A stretch of DNA of 64,000 bases from Nitrospirota bacterium (GCA_016207025.1 JACQQM010000014.1:2815-66814); one strand, 5' to 3'; counted from the first letter of the stretch, positions 29,158 through 39,747 are shown. Program-made: numbers and translations. The notes: generated from the sequence alone by a model not told the origin.

Positions 29158-30588
29158 ATGAACAACCTGCGCATCGGACCTCTCGAAGCGCTCGCGCTCA
29201 CCGCGGTCGCTGTCGGGATAAGTCTCGCAATGAATACCGGGCAATCCGTGCTCCTGCTCGGCCTCGTCGCCGGGTGCGCGCTGCTGATCGCCGCCTTCCT
29301 TTCCACCCCCCTCAGCCTTTACATCCTGGTGTATTCCATGTTGCTCAGCCCCGAGCTGATTGTCGGCGGGATGGGAGGCGGGGCGACAGCGGGGCGGGGA
29401 GTCACGCTCCGCTTTGATGATTTCCTGCTCGTGATGATCGGCTTTGTCTGGCTGGTCAAAGCCGCCATCCACAAATCAGAGGCGCCGATCAAACGAACTC
29501 CGCTGAATGGCCCGATCATGTTCTATGCCGTCGCCTCCCTGTTTGCCACGTTGATGGGGGTGCTGCAGGGGCACGTGCGACCTCTGACCGGCTTTTTCTT
29601 CAACCTCAAGTATCTGGAGTATTTTTTCCTCTACTTCATGGTGGTGAATGCGGTCACGAGCCTGGACGATGCCAAGAAGCTGGCCACCGCTGCCATGTTC
29701 ACCTGCTTCCTGGTGTCGCTGTTTGCCATTGGACAGATCCCCAGCGGGGAGCGCGCCTCCGCTCCGTTCGAGGGGGAAACCGGCGAACCGAACACCCTGG
29801 GCGGGTATATGGTGTTCATGCTGGCGATCATCACCGGCCTCCTGATCACGCCCGAGGCAGCGCCCAAGAAGCTCCCGCTCCTGATCCTCATGGGAGCCGG
29901 CAGCCTCGCGCTGTTGGCGACGCTGTCGCGTGCCTCGTTTCTGGGAGCCGCTGTGATCATCTTGATCGTCGTGTTGTTCGTGAGTTATCGGAAGCCGGTG
30001 CTCTTCATGGTGGTGCTGGTCGGGATCATCGCCTCACCGTGGTGGACTCCCGATGCCGTGAAAAAGCGGATCATGTTCACATTCACGCAGGCGCCGGAAC
30101 AGGGTCAGGTCCGCCTGGGCGGCATCCGCGTGGACACCTCCACGTCGGATCGGCTTCGCTCGTGGCAGCAGTCATTTGATGTCTGGAAGAAATCGCCGGT
30201 GTGGGGAAACGGGGTGACGGGTGGGCCGTTCATGGACGCCATGTATCCCAGAGTCCTGACCGAGATGGGTCTATTGGGAATCGTGGCGTTCCTGGTCCTT
30301 CTCTGGTCGCTCTTCCGCCTTGGGTGGACGACGTACCAGTCGGGTCCTGACCCCCCGACGCGCGGATTTGCGCTGGGGTTCCTGCTTGGGTTGGTCGGCT
30401 TACTCGTCCATGCCCTCGGTTCCAACACCTTTATCATCGTCAGGATCATGGAGCCGTTTTGGCTCTTTGCGGCGCTGATAACCAGGGCGTTCATCATGTG
30501 CGAGGCAAGCCAGGTCCAGGAAGCAGGACCGATCTTCCACCGGAGGCTCGACGAGAGAGAAGCGCAGAGAGGGCTCAGGCCTGCCTGA
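29158..30588 (+). CDS. O-antigen ligase/polymerase-like membrane protein (Wzy_C family)
   Basis: ~12 TM helices, a Wzy_C-type segment LLATLSRASFLGAAV, and a periplasmic loop. Confidence 0.7.
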   Translation: MNNLRIGPLEALALTAVAVGISLAMNTGQSVLLLGLVAGCALLIAAFLSTPLSLYILVYSMLLSPELIVGGMGGGATAGRGVTLRFDDFLLVMIGFVWLVKAAIHKSEAPIKRTPLNGPIMFYAVASLFATLMGVLQGHVRPLTGFFFNLKYLEYFFLYFMVVNAVTSLDDAKKLATAAMFTCFLVSLFAIGQIPSGERASAPFEGETGEPNTLGGYMVFMLAIITGLLITPEAAPKKLPLLILMGAGSLALLATLSRASFLGAAVIILIVVLFVSYRKPVLFMVVLVGIIASPWWTPDAVKKRIMFTFTQAPEQGQVRLGGIRVDTSTSDRLRSWQQSFDVWKKSPVWGNGVTGGPFMDAMYPRVLTEMGLLGIVAFLVLLWSLFRLGWTTYQSGPDPPTRGFALGFLLGLVGLLVHALGSNTFIIVRIMEPFWLFAALITRAFIMCEASQVQEAGPIFHRRLDEREAQRGLRPA

Positions 30589-30644
30589 AACGTGAGCTGG
30601 TCTCGTTTCTCTTGCGTATTCTCCGCGAATCCCCTCGCACGGTG

Positions 30645-32069
30645 ATGGGCCCAATGCGCCGAGGCAGCTTATTCGTCAACGTCACTTCCCTCGTCTCCGC
30701 CCAGGCGGTCGTCAAGCTCGTCAATGTCGCCGTCTCAATCGCCCTCGTCCGCCATCTCGGAACGCAGGAACTGGGACGGTACGCCTATATCTTGGCGTTC
30801 GCGTATCCGTTCGGAGCTCTGGCGGACTTCGGGTTGGCCACTTACGCGATCAGGGAAATCAGCCGTGACCGCGCTCGCGAGTTGGACGTCGTGGCCATCC
30901 TCCGGCGCGCGCTGCTCTTGCTCGCCGGCCTAGGCTGGGCGGCCATGATGGGATTGGCGATCCTCACCCGTCATGATGCCTACACACTGTCCTGTCTTGC
31001 TCTGGCCGGGTTTTCGAGCCTGCTCTCGGCTATCACCACACCGTATCTGGTGACCCTCACGGCGCGCGAAGATCTCCACTTATTGTCCCTCTATCAAGTC
31101 GTCGGATCATTGCTGGGATCCGCGGCGATCGTGATCGTTCTGTATCTGAAGGGGGCTTCCTTGGCTCTCTTGCTCGCGGCGACCCTGGCCAATGGAGTCA
31201 TCTTGATCCTGGCGCAAGCTCTGGCAGGGCGGATGCCCTCGTTGCCCCACGTGCAGTTCTCCGCCGCGACAATGATGATGCGCCAGGCGCTGCCGTTTGG
31301 GCTTTTGTTAATCGGCTTTGCGCTCTATTACCGCGTGGACATGATTATGCTGCAGTGGCTCCGTACGCCACGAGAGGTCGGCGTCTATGCGGCGGCGTAT
31401 CGGTTCCTCGATGCCGTCATCCCCTTGGCGGCCTCGATCGGAAGGCCGTTCTACCCGCGCCTGTCGAGCCTTTCGGAACGGGATCCCCAAGGGGCGCGGG
31501 CCCTCCTCGAGACGACCTGGCGGCCTCTGCTCGCCCTCGGCCTCCCGCTCTCGCTCGGGACGTACTTTATCGCGGAGCCGTTGACCCTCCTTCTGTTTGG
31601 CCAGGACTTCGTCGACGCTGGGCCCCTGCTGCAGATTCTAATCTGGGGGGGGCTCCCTCTGCTTTTGATCAATATTCCGGCCCAAGCGCTGATGGCCACC
31701 AACCTCGTCCTACCCCTTGCCGGAGTCTACGGTGTCAGCGTGGCGGTGAACATCCTGGCCAACTTCCTCTTCATTCCCCCGTGGGGCGCGGGTGGCGCCG
31801 CGATCGCGACCGTCCTGTGCGAGTGGCTCAATCTTGCGCTGGTGGTCCGGCTGGTTCGTCGACAGTTTGCGGTCACGATTGCCTGTGAGGGCCTTTGGCG
31901 GTACGGGCTCGCCGCTGTGGGGATGGCCTGCGCCTTGTGGTTGGTTCGGGACTACGGCCTGGCTGCAGCAATCCTGGTGGGAGCGCTGGCGTATGCTGGC
32001 GGCTTAATGGCCCTCGGGTATCTGCGGAGCTCGGACATGCTGGCATTCAAGCGGCTACTGGCCCAGTGA
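30645..32069 (+). CDS. MOP-superfamily polysaccharide flippase (Wzx-like)
   Basis: Polytopic with ~14 TM helices and a typical N-terminus (LFVNVTSLVSAQAVVKLVNVAVSIALVRHLG). I place the start at ATG 30645, since the track start at 30459 would overlap the previous gene by 130 nt. Confidence 0.75.
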   Translation: MGPMRRGSLFVNVTSLVSAQAVVKLVNVAVSIALVRHLGTQELGRYAYILAFAYPFGALADFGLATYAIREISRDRARELDVVAILRRALLLLAGLGWAAMMGLAILTRHDAYTLSCLALAGFSSLLSAITTPYLVTLTAREDLHLLSLYQVVGSLLGSAAIVIVLYLKGASLALLLAATLANGVILILAQALAGRMPSLPHVQFSAATMMMRQALPFGLLLIGFALYYRVDMIMLQWLRTPREVGVYAAAYRFLDAVIPLAASIGRPFYPRLSSLSERDPQGARALLETTWRPLLALGLPLSLGTYFIAEPLTLLLFGQDFVDAGPLLQILIWGGLPLLLINIPAQALMATNLVLPLAGVYGVSVAVNILANFLFIPPWGAGGAAIATVLCEWLNLALVVRLVRRQFAVTIACEGLWRYGLAAVGMACALWLVRDYGLAAAILVGALAYAGGLMALGYLRSSDMLAFKRLLAQ

Positions 32070-32075
32070 GGTCTG

Positions 32076-32789
32076 GTGACGACGACGTCGGCTATGTTCC
32101 ATTCGTTCTGGCGCACTGCCCATGGGTTTTTGAAACGTCACCAAGATCAACTCAGCAGGCGGCGCCGGGATCATCCGGGGCGTCAACTGGCTGAAATCGT
32201 CGCGCGCGCGCGAACACTCGGGATCCCTCGTGGGCCTCGATTGGACATCGGGGGCGGGGAGGGGAACTATCGAGGCCTCCTATCCGACGGAGATGGCGAC
32301 GTGCTCGAACTCGATCGCTTCCCAGGACCACAGGTGGACCTTGTAGCGGATGCCCATCATCTGCCGATCCGTGACGGTGTCGCCGGTCTCACCCTGCTTG
32401 CGGAAGTGTTGGAGCATCTCGCGGAACCCGCTCTCGCCATCAACGAATGCTATCGGGCGTTGCAGCCCGGCGGCATGCTGGTCATCACGACGCCTCAGTA
32501 CTGGCACGTACACGGGCACCCTTCGGATTTCTACCGGTTTACCGATGCAGGGCTTCGGCACCTCTGCGCAAGCGCCGGCTTTACCGTCATTGACTGCTGG
32601 TCGAGAGGAGGTCCCGTCCTGATCCTGTTCCACGTCATTCGAGTCAATCTCTCGGAACGATGGCGGCCGCTCTTCGTGCTCCCTTTTTATGCGCTGGCGG
32701 AATGGATCGACCGGTTGACGTATGACCGCCGCCCGACCGGCACGCACTACGACGCCTTGGGATGGAGTCTGCTTGCGCGCAAACCATGA
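32076..32789 (+). CDS. Class I SAM-dependent methyltransferase
   Basis: Motif I LDIGGGEG, plus the post-I/II motifs ALQPGGMLVITTP. Confidence 0.7.
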   Translation: MTTTSAMFHSFWRTAHGFLKRHQDQLSRRRRDHPGRQLAEIVARARTLGIPRGPRLDIGGGEGNYRGLLSDGDGDVLELDRFPGPQVDLVADAHHLPIRDGVAGLTLLAEVLEHLAEPALAINECYRALQPGGMLVITTPQYWHVHGHPSDFYRFTDAGLRHLCASAGFTVIDCWSRGGPVLILFHVIRVNLSERWRPLFVLPFYALAEWIDRLTYDRRPTGTHYDALGWSLLARKP

Positions 32790-32837
32790 CCGACGGCGTC
32801 AGGCACGCCTACGTCAGGACAAAGGAGGAGAGACGTT

Positions 32838-33965
32838 GTGAAGCCTCACCTGGTTCTTATTACCGGAGGCGCCGGATTTATTGGATCCCATCTGGCCGAC
32901 GCGCTGCTGGCGGAAGGATACGGAGTGCGAATCCTTGACGCACTGGTTCCTCAAGTGCATGGCCTGAACCGGGAGCGACCGGCGTACCTGGCCCCTGCCG
33001 CCGAACTGCGCGTGGGAGACGTCAGGGATACCGCGATAGTCCGACAGGCGCTCGAACAGGTCGAGACGGTCATCCACTTTGCGGCGGTGGTGGGGGTGGG
33101 CCAGTCGATGTACGAGATTGCCTCCTACGTGGCAGCCAATACCCAGGCCACCGCCAATCTCCTCCAGATCCTAAGCGAGAGAGCGCACGGTGTGCGGAAA
33201 CTGGTGGTGGCTTCCTCCATGTCCCTCTTCGGAGAGGGCGCCTATCGCTGCGTGCGCTGCGGACCCTGTACGCCGCCTCCGCGCAGTCCTCAGCAGCTTG
33301 AGTCAAAACAGTGGGAGATGGCCTGTCCCATCTGCGGGGGGACCGCCGAGCCGGTTCCCACACCCGAGGGGAAGCCCCTGGCGCCAACCTCAATTTACGC
33401 CCTTACCAAGCGTGACCAGGAGGAGATGTGCCTGTGCGTGGGCCAGGCCTACGGGATCCCATCGGTGGCCTTGCGTTTCTTTAACGTGTACGGCGAGCGG
33501 CAGGCCTTGTCCAACCCCTATACCGGCGTGGCTGCCATCTTTTCGTCCCGCCTGCTCAATGATCAACCGCCGTTGATCTACGAGGACGGGCGACAGAGCC
33601 GCGACTTTATTCATGTGAGTGACATCGTCCAGGCTACCCTCCTGGCCATGCGACGTCCGGAGGCGGACTACCAGGTCTTCAACGTAGGCACAGGCCGGGC
33701 CACGACGGTGGCCGAGGTGGCCGAGGTGCTGGCAGCCAGCTTGGGGAAAAAGATCGTCCCCCAGTTCCTGCAAAGCTTTCGGGCCGGCGATATTCGACAC
33801 TGTGTGGCGGATATCACGAAGATCAGCAAGACCCTGGGATTCCAGCCCAAAATCTCCTTCGCTGATGGGATGGGCCGGCTCAGTGCCTGGATCCGGAACC
33901 AGCGGCCGCATGACGGGGTAGTGGAGGCCAACGTTCGACTGCGGGAACGAGGATTGGTGGGATGA
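32838..33965 (+). CDS. NAD-dependent sugar epimerase/dehydratase (extended SDR) with inserted Cys4 zinc ribbon
   Basis: VLITGGAGFIGSHL Rossmann motif, SSMSLFG and YALTKRDQE (YxxxK). The insert CVRC...CPICGG lies between the catalytic Ser and Tyr. GTG start after SD AAGGAGG. Confidence 0.8.
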   Translation: MKPHLVLITGGAGFIGSHLADALLAEGYGVRILDALVPQVHGLNRERPAYLAPAAELRVGDVRDTAIVRQALEQVETVIHFAAVVGVGQSMYEIASYVAANTQATANLLQILSERAHGVRKLVVASSMSLFGEGAYRCVRCGPCTPPPRSPQQLESKQWEMACPICGGTAEPVPTPEGKPLAPTSIYALTKRDQEEMCLCVGQAYGIPSVALRFFNVYGERQALSNPYTGVAAIFSSRLLNDQPPLIYEDGRQSRDFIHVSDIVQATLLAMRRPEADYQVFNVGTGRATTVAEVAEVLAASLGKKIVPQFLQSFRAGDIRHCVADITKISKTLGFQPKISFADGMGRLSAWIRNQRPHDGVVEANVRLRERGLVG

Positions 33966-34900
33966 CCAGAGACTCTCCGGTCGTGGCCGTGGTAATCCTG
34001 AACTGGAACCAGGAGAAGGATACGTCCGACTGCCTCACTTCGCTCCGAGCCGTCAACGGCGTGTCCTTTCGGGTGATCCTGGTGGACAACGGGTCATCCC
34101 GAGAGTCGGTGGATCGACTGGTGCACAACTTTCCCGAGGCAGCCGTGATCCGTCTTCCGGAAAACCGGGGCTTCGCAGCCGGCAACAATGTCGGCATCCT
34201 GCGGGCGCTCCAGGACGGGGCCAGTCACATCCTGCTCCTCAACAACGATACGCTTGTCGATCCTGCGTTCCTTCCACCGCTGCTGGACGGTCTCACCGTA
34301 CCCGAGGTCGGCGTGGTCGGGCCGAAGATCTATTCCCACCCGGAGATCACCCGGCTCTGGTTTGCCGGCGGCAGGATTGACTGGCGCACAGGCCGTCAAT
34401 GGCATCTGGGAGCCGGGGAGGTGGACGAGGGACAATGGGACAGCCCGAGCGAGGTGCATTACATCACCGCCTGCTGTCTCCTGGCGCCGGCCAAGGTGTT
34501 CCATGAAATTGGGGGCCTGGATGAACGGTACTTTATCTACTTTGAAGAGACAGACTGGAACCTCCGAGCTCGGCGCCGAGGCTATAGGTGCCGGTATGTT
34601 CCGGGGTCTCGCATTTATCACAAAGTCTCCCAGGCCATGAAAACCGGCTCTCCCACCTCCGACTATTACTATGCGCGGAACCGCCTCCTGCTGTTCAGGA
34701 ACCATGCCCCGACACGGTACCGGCTTTGGCTGATCGCCCTCTACACGGCGCGGTCCCTCCGGTATGCCTACACGCTTCGCACGCAAGGGCGTATTCAGAA
34801 CGCAGCAGCCGTGGTCCGCGGCATCCACGATTTTTATCGCGCCCGGTTCGGCAAATGCCCGCTTCGCTTCACCCCGGACATCTCCATCCAGCCAGCATGA
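33962..34900 (+). CDS. Family 2 glycosyltransferase (rhamnosyltransferase-like)
   Basis: VAVVILNWNQEKDTSDCLTSL, VDNGSS, NRGFAAGNN. ATGA overlap with the upstream gene. Confidence 0.8.
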   Translation: MTRDSPVVAVVILNWNQEKDTSDCLTSLRAVNGVSFRVILVDNGSSRESVDRLVHNFPEAAVIRLPENRGFAAGNNVGILRALQDGASHILLLNNDTLVDPAFLPPLLDGLTVPEVGVVGPKIYSHPEITRLWFAGGRIDWRTGRQWHLGAGEVDEGQWDSPSEVHYITACCLLAPAKVFHEIGGLDERYFIYFEETDWNLRARRRGYRCRYVPGSRIYHKVSQAMKTGSPTSDYYYARNRLLLFRNHAPTRYRLWLIALYTARSLRYAYTLRTQGRIQNAAAVVRGIHDFYRARFGKCPLRFTPDISIQPA

Positions 34901-36282
34901 CCAACGGCATCCCGACAGCACAGCCGCCGACAACGTCGCAAATGACGAAGCAAAGAACAAAGGACCTGCGCGCACCGAACAGCCTAGCGCATCCGGTCAT
35001 GACCGTCCTCCTGCTGATCGTTGCCGCGGCCTCGGTCCGATTCGGCATGGAGCTACTCCTGCTGGCCAAGAAAGGCGAGATGCGGGACTTTGCCGCCTAC
35101 TATACGGCGGCCGTGATGGCCAGGTCCGGGGCCATGTTCTACGATCCTCAACCGGGCAAGCCGTGGTTTTTTGAAAATGAAAATCCGGAGTTAATTGCCA
35201 CCGCCAGCCGACTGGGAACACTCCACCGACACGAGACGGTCGAACACGTGCACATTTTCTCTTATCCTCCGGCCATGATGTTGCTGTTTCTGCCTCTCGC
35301 CTTTTTCCCCTTGCCTATCGCCAAGCTCGTCTGGCTGGGCTTCTCGCTCCTCGTATTGGGCGGAGGAATGTGGCTCATCGGGCAGACGATCTCCAGCCGA
35401 CCGCTGACCATTCTTTTCATGGTCTTTTTAGCCCTTACCTTCCATCCCGTCCGCAACACGCTCAACCTGGGCCAGGTGAATGCCGTCATGTTGATGCTCC
35501 TGACCGCTTTTTTCGCGTTCTACCGCCGCGGGCACGACACCGCAGCAGGCGTGGTGTTAGGCGTGGCCGCCGCCGTGCGGTTTCATCCCGTCTTTCTGAT
35601 TCTCTATCTGCTCTGGCGGCGAGAATTTCGCCCGGCGACGGTGGCTCTGGCCACCGCCGGCGTCGTGAGCGTGCTGGCCATCTTTGCCTTCGGGACAGAC
35701 CAGAGCGCGATCTACTTTTCGCAAGTTGCGCCCAAATTCTTATCGGCCCTGATTTCAGTGGAGAACCATTCCCTCGCAGGGTTCCTTGCGACCGTCGGTC
35801 ATAGCCTTGGTTGGACAGCCCCGGACGTCCAGACCGGTTCGCCCTGGACCGCTCGGATTGCGGCCGGCCTGATGGTCGCGCTCTCGGCTCTGCTCTTGGC
35901 ACGACCGGCGGCGCCGCGCGGCTCACGGACAGCCGATCTTGAATTTGCGCTCCTGTTGGTCATGTTTCCCCTGGCGACGCCGAACGCCACGGTCAATCAT
36001 CTCGTGACGGTCCTCCCAAGCGTATGGATTCTCTTCGAACATCTGTTGGACGAGGGGAGCCCTTGCAAGGGCCTCAGGTCTTGTCTTGCCGGCGCCGCCG
36101 TGATCATGATCGGGGTGGTGGATGATTTCTACTTGCATCCAGCCCTGGCTCACGGAGTCTGGATCCTGGCCGCGGAAATCAAATTTTACGGGCTCGTCTT
36201 ATTGTTTTTGTCGATCGGATGGCTGCTTCGTGACGACCGGCCGGAGACCGCCGTGGCGCCGGCGCAGGCAACCTGGCCCTGA
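34897..36282 (+). CDS. GT-C fold membrane glycosyltransferase, GT87/DUF2029-like
   Basis: Polytopic. DFAAYYTAA, FSYPPAMMLLFLPL and NLGQVNAVMLMLL are typical of DUF2029 as I recall it. Start at ATG 34897 (ATGA overlap). Confidence 0.6.
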   Translation: MTNGIPTAQPPTTSQMTKQRTKDLRAPNSLAHPVMTVLLLIVAAASVRFGMELLLLAKKGEMRDFAAYYTAAVMARSGAMFYDPQPGKPWFFENENPELIATASRLGTLHRHETVEHVHIFSYPPAMMLLFLPLAFFPLPIAKLVWLGFSLLVLGGGMWLIGQTISSRPLTILFMVFLALTFHPVRNTLNLGQVNAVMLMLLTAFFAFYRRGHDTAAGVVLGVAAAVRFHPVFLILYLLWRREFRPATVALATAGVVSVLAIFAFGTDQSAIYFSQVAPKFLSALISVENHSLAGFLATVGHSLGWTAPDVQTGSPWTARIAAGLMVALSALLLARPAAPRGSRTADLEFALLLVMFPLATPNATVNHLVTVLPSVWILFEHLLDEGSPCKGLRSCLAGAAVIMIGVVDDFYLHPALAHGVWILAAEIKFYGLVLLFLSIGWLLRDDRPETAVAPAQATWP

Positions 36283-36302
36283 GCAGGATGTAAAAGGCGA
36301 CG

Positions 36303-37451
36303 ATGCGGATTTACATGGTGTGCCCTTCCTATCCCCCACAGGATGTGACCTGTGGCGTCGGTGATTACACACGTTGCCTGACGGAGGAGTTAGTCCGGCA
36401 GGGCGAAGAGGTGCTCGTGCTGACTGCCGATCGCTACCGCGGCAGGACGGACGGCGCGGTCCCGGTACAACCCACGGTCCAGGCCTGGACGCTCCGCACC
36501 GCCTGGTGGCTGGCAGGGTCCCGGGCGCGCCCCCCTGTAGACCTCGTCCATCTGCAGTACACTCCCGACCTCTATGGCCCTGGGCTAGGGTTCAAGCTGG
36601 CGCCGCTGCTTGCCAGGCTTCGACGTGCGGGGCTGCCGACCATCGTCACCTTTCACACGTTGATCGGAGGCCCGCTGTGGACGAAGGTTGCGGCGCTGAT
36701 TCTCCTGATGACGGCCCATCGGAGCATCAGCGCGAACGAAGAAGTGAGCGCCTTGCTCCGCCGACATGTGCCGACGTATACCGGCCGCTGGACCGAAATC
36801 CCGATTGGCACGAACATTCACGTGGCTCCCGCTTCTGCGACTCTGGACAAACGAAAGGAACGGGCGCGGCTTGGCCTCCCCGAAGACGCACCGTTGCTCG
36901 CTCATTTCGGCATGGTCTATCCGGGCAAGGGCCTCGAGACGATGATTGCCGCGCTGCCCAAGATCCTGAGCCATGAGCGACGCGCCCGGCTCGTGATCGT
37001 GGGGGACACCCGTCCCGAGAATCACGCATACCGACCGACCCTCGAAGCCCTCGCGGATCGCCTGGGCGTCGCGTCGGCGATCATCTGGTCGGGACGGCGG
37101 ACCAACGAAGAGGTGTCACGCATCCTCCAGGTGTCCGACTTGTTTGTCGTCCCCTACGACGATGGGGTCTCGATCCGACGGGGGAGCCTGATGGCCGGGC
37201 TGGCGCATAGCCTGCCGGTCATCAGCACTCACTCCCCCGTCTCATCGACCTACATCAAGGACGGCGTGAACATGGCGCTGGTGCCGCCGAAAGATGCCGA
37301 CGCGCTGGCCACGCGAGTCGCGGCCCTCCTGGCCACACCGGGGGAGGCTGCCCATCTGGCCAAGGCTGCCGGGATGCTGGCCGAGCAGTTTTCCTGGCCT
37401 GCGATCGCCCGTGCAACGCGGGCACTGTATGCCGAGGTCGTGCGACGATGA
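36303..37451 (+). CDS. Family 4 (GT-B) glycosyltransferase
   Basis: MRIYMVCPSYPP...GVGDY N-terminal domain and a C-terminal Glycos_transf_1-type domain. Confidence 0.8.
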   Translation: MRIYMVCPSYPPQDVTCGVGDYTRCLTEELVRQGEEVLVLTADRYRGRTDGAVPVQPTVQAWTLRTAWWLAGSRARPPVDLVHLQYTPDLYGPGLGFKLAPLLARLRRAGLPTIVTFHTLIGGPLWTKVAALILLMTAHRSISANEEVSALLRRHVPTYTGRWTEIPIGTNIHVAPASATLDKRKERARLGLPEDAPLLAHFGMVYPGKGLETMIAALPKILSHERRARLVIVGDTRPENHAYRPTLEALADRLGVASAIIWSGRRTNEEVSRILQVSDLFVVPYDDGVSIRRGSLMAGLAHSLPVISTHSPVSSTYIKDGVNMALVPPKDADALATRVAALLATPGEAAHLAKAAGMLAEQFSWPAIARATRALYAEVVRR

Positions 37452-38629
37452 GAATCCTGGTCCTGACACCCGCGTTTCTGCCGGTGGTGGGGGGAGCCGA
37501 ACTGGCCCTCTTTGAGGTCTACCGCCGGTTGGCCAAGCGGCACGAGGTCTGCCTGGTGACCCCGGTCCCGTCTCCCGCCTTGTTGCGCGACCAGGCCACG
37601 AAAGACTATGACGGCTTGGTCCCGTTCTCGGTCGAGCGGTACAAGGACAGAATCTCGTTCATGGGTATCCCTGGTCACCGGTGGACGGGTGGAATGATCC
37701 CTCCCTTCTCACTGTCCGCGGTGGCAGCTATCCGTCAGGCCGCCCGGCGTTTTGACCCCGATGTGCTCAATGTCCATTATCTGATGCCCACCGGGTTAGC
37801 TGGGGTGGTCGCGGAGTGGGGTCTGGGAGTTCCAACGGTCGTCACGATGAACGGCCGGGACGTGCCGGGCCCCGGCGTACCGGTTCTATGGCGATGGTGG
37901 CAGCGGGCCCTCCTCAGACTGGTTACGGATGTCACGTTCGGATCCCGCTACTGCCAGACGGCGCTCTTTGGGGAGGCCCGCCCACGCGGCCAGGTGGTGT
38001 ACAACGGCGTGGAGATTCCTCCCCCTTCAGGTGACGGAGCATCGGTCCGCCAGGTCTTAGGCATTCCGGCGGGGGAGCCTCTGATCTTTGCTCTCCAGAG
38101 GCTGGGCCCGGAAAAGCGGGTGGATGTCCTGCTCTACGCCTTGCGCCACTGCCGCGACCGCGCCGGAGCCGGGATACTGGTCATCGGAGGGCAGGGACCC
38201 GAGGAGGGCAGGCTTCGCAGCCTGGCGAAGAAACTGGAGATCGACGAACAAGTCCGGTTCGTCGGATACATCCCCCAGGATCGGCTTGCATCCTATTTCC
38301 TGGCCTGCGACTTGTTCGCCTTCCATTCCACCTTTGAAACCTTCGGGATCGTTGTCGCCCAGGCCATGAGCTACGGTCGGGCCGTGGTCACCGTGCGCAA
38401 TACGGCTCTTCCCGAGGTGCTCGGCGATGGAGGAGTCCTGGTGGAGACGGGAGATGGGCCAGCCTTTGGGGATGCGTTGGTCAGGTTGATCCACGATGAA
38501 GCGCTACGACGTCGTCTGGGGGAGGCGGGTCGCGCCCGCGCTGAAGCGTTGTTCAACTGGGATCGGATCGCAGCGCAGTATGAAGCGGTCTTGACCCGAG
38601 CGGCCGACTGGAGACAGCATGCCCATTAG
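37448..38629 (+). CDS. Family 4 (GT-B) glycosyltransferase
   Basis: MRILVLTPAFLPVVGGAE, and the C-terminal E-x7-E-like region FETFGIVVAQAMSYGRAVV. ATGA overlap. Confidence 0.8.
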   Translation: MRILVLTPAFLPVVGGAELALFEVYRRLAKRHEVCLVTPVPSPALLRDQATKDYDGLVPFSVERYKDRISFMGIPGHRWTGGMIPPFSLSAVAAIRQAARRFDPDVLNVHYLMPTGLAGVVAEWGLGVPTVVTMNGRDVPGPGVPVLWRWWQRALLRLVTDVTFGSRYCQTALFGEARPRGQVVYNGVEIPPPSGDGASVRQVLGIPAGEPLIFALQRLGPEKRVDVLLYALRHCRDRAGAGILVIGGQGPEEGRLRSLAKKLEIDEQVRFVGYIPQDRLASYFLACDLFAFHSTFETFGIVVAQAMSYGRAVVTVRNTALPEVLGDGGVLVETGDGPAFGDALVRLIHDEALRRRLGEAGRARAEALFNWDRIAAQYEAVLTRAADWRQHAH

Positions 38630-39740
38630 AGCGCTCTATCTCCATCATGTCGAGCAGATCAGCGGCGCGGAAAACAGCCTCCGGCTCCTGTTCCGCTATC
38701 TGGACCGTGAGCGGGTCCTCCCCCTCCTGGCAGGACCTGCGACCGGGCCGTTCCCGAGCGCCGTAGCCCAGGAAGGGATTCCGGTCTTTCCGGTCGCCTT
38801 CGGCCCTCTGCGGGATCTCGGCGGCCTCATCAGGTCCGTGCGCCGATTGCTCCACTTGATTCGCGAACACCGTGTAACCCTGTTGCACGCCAACGGCCCC
38901 CAGACGAATATCTGTGCCGGGCTGGCCGGTCGGTTGGCCCGCATTCCTGTCGTGTGGCATGAACGGAACCTCCTGTACGGCACTATGCGGGATGTGGACC
39001 GCGTGGGGGCCGGACTCGCGACCAAGATCATCTGTAATTCGGAGGCGATCCGCGAGCGCTTTCGGGGAAGCCGGGCGTGGCCCAAGACAGTGACGATTCT
39101 GAACGCGGTTGATACCCGCGAATTCAACCCGCAGATTCCCCGCGACCCGTTTCGTCGCGAACTAGGCATCGCCCCCGAAGACACAGCCGTCGGCATCGTA
39201 GGGCGCATCGGCCTGGGGAAAGGGCATGGCTATTTCGTTGAGGCGGCCATCCAGCTCCTCCGAGCCGGCTCGCCAGCGCAGTTCCTCATCGTTGGGGATC
39301 CCCTCTTTCCGGAAGATGCCTGGCGCGCCGACACGCTCCGCCGCCAAGTCAAGGAGGCCGGGCTGGAGGACCGCATCCGGTTGACGGGCTTCCGTCCCGA
39401 TGCGCCCTCGGTCATGCGCGGGCTGGACATTCTGGTCCTGGCTTCGGATGCCGAACCATGCGGCCGAGTTCTGTTCGAGGCGATGGCCTCGGGGACGGCG
39501 ATCGTCGCGACGAACAGCGGGGGCACCCCGGAGATTGTCCGAGACGGACAAGAGGGCATTCTGGTTCCGCCGCGTGATTCTCACGCGCTGGCCGGTGCAA
39601 TCGGTCGGCTCACCAGCGATCCACCCCTGCGGACAAGGTTGGGCCGCGCCGGGGTCGCAAGAATCCGGGCGGAATTCACGATCGAGCGGTACATCGCTCG
39701 CACACTGGACGTGTATGCCGACGCCTTGCACCGAGCTTGA
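38619..39740 (+). CDS. Family 4 (GT-B) glycosyltransferase
   Basis: ISGAENSL N-terminal domain, and C-terminal EPCGRVLFEAMASGTAIVATNSGGTPEIV. Confidence 0.8.
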   Translation: MPIRALYLHHVEQISGAENSLRLLFRYLDRERVLPLLAGPATGPFPSAVAQEGIPVFPVAFGPLRDLGGLIRSVRRLLHLIREHRVTLLHANGPQTNICAGLAGRLARIPVVWHERNLLYGTMRDVDRVGAGLATKIICNSEAIRERFRGSRAWPKTVTILNAVDTREFNPQIPRDPFRRELGIAPEDTAVGIVGRIGLGKGHGYFVEAAIQLLRAGSPAQFLIVGDPLFPEDAWRADTLRRQVKEAGLEDRIRLTGFRPDAPSVMRGLDILVLASDAEPCGRVLFEAMASGTAIVATNSGGTPEIVRDGQEGILVPPRDSHALAGAIGRLTSDPPLRTRLGRAGVARIRAEFTIERYIARTLDVYADALHRA

Positions 39741-39747
39741 GCCCAGC

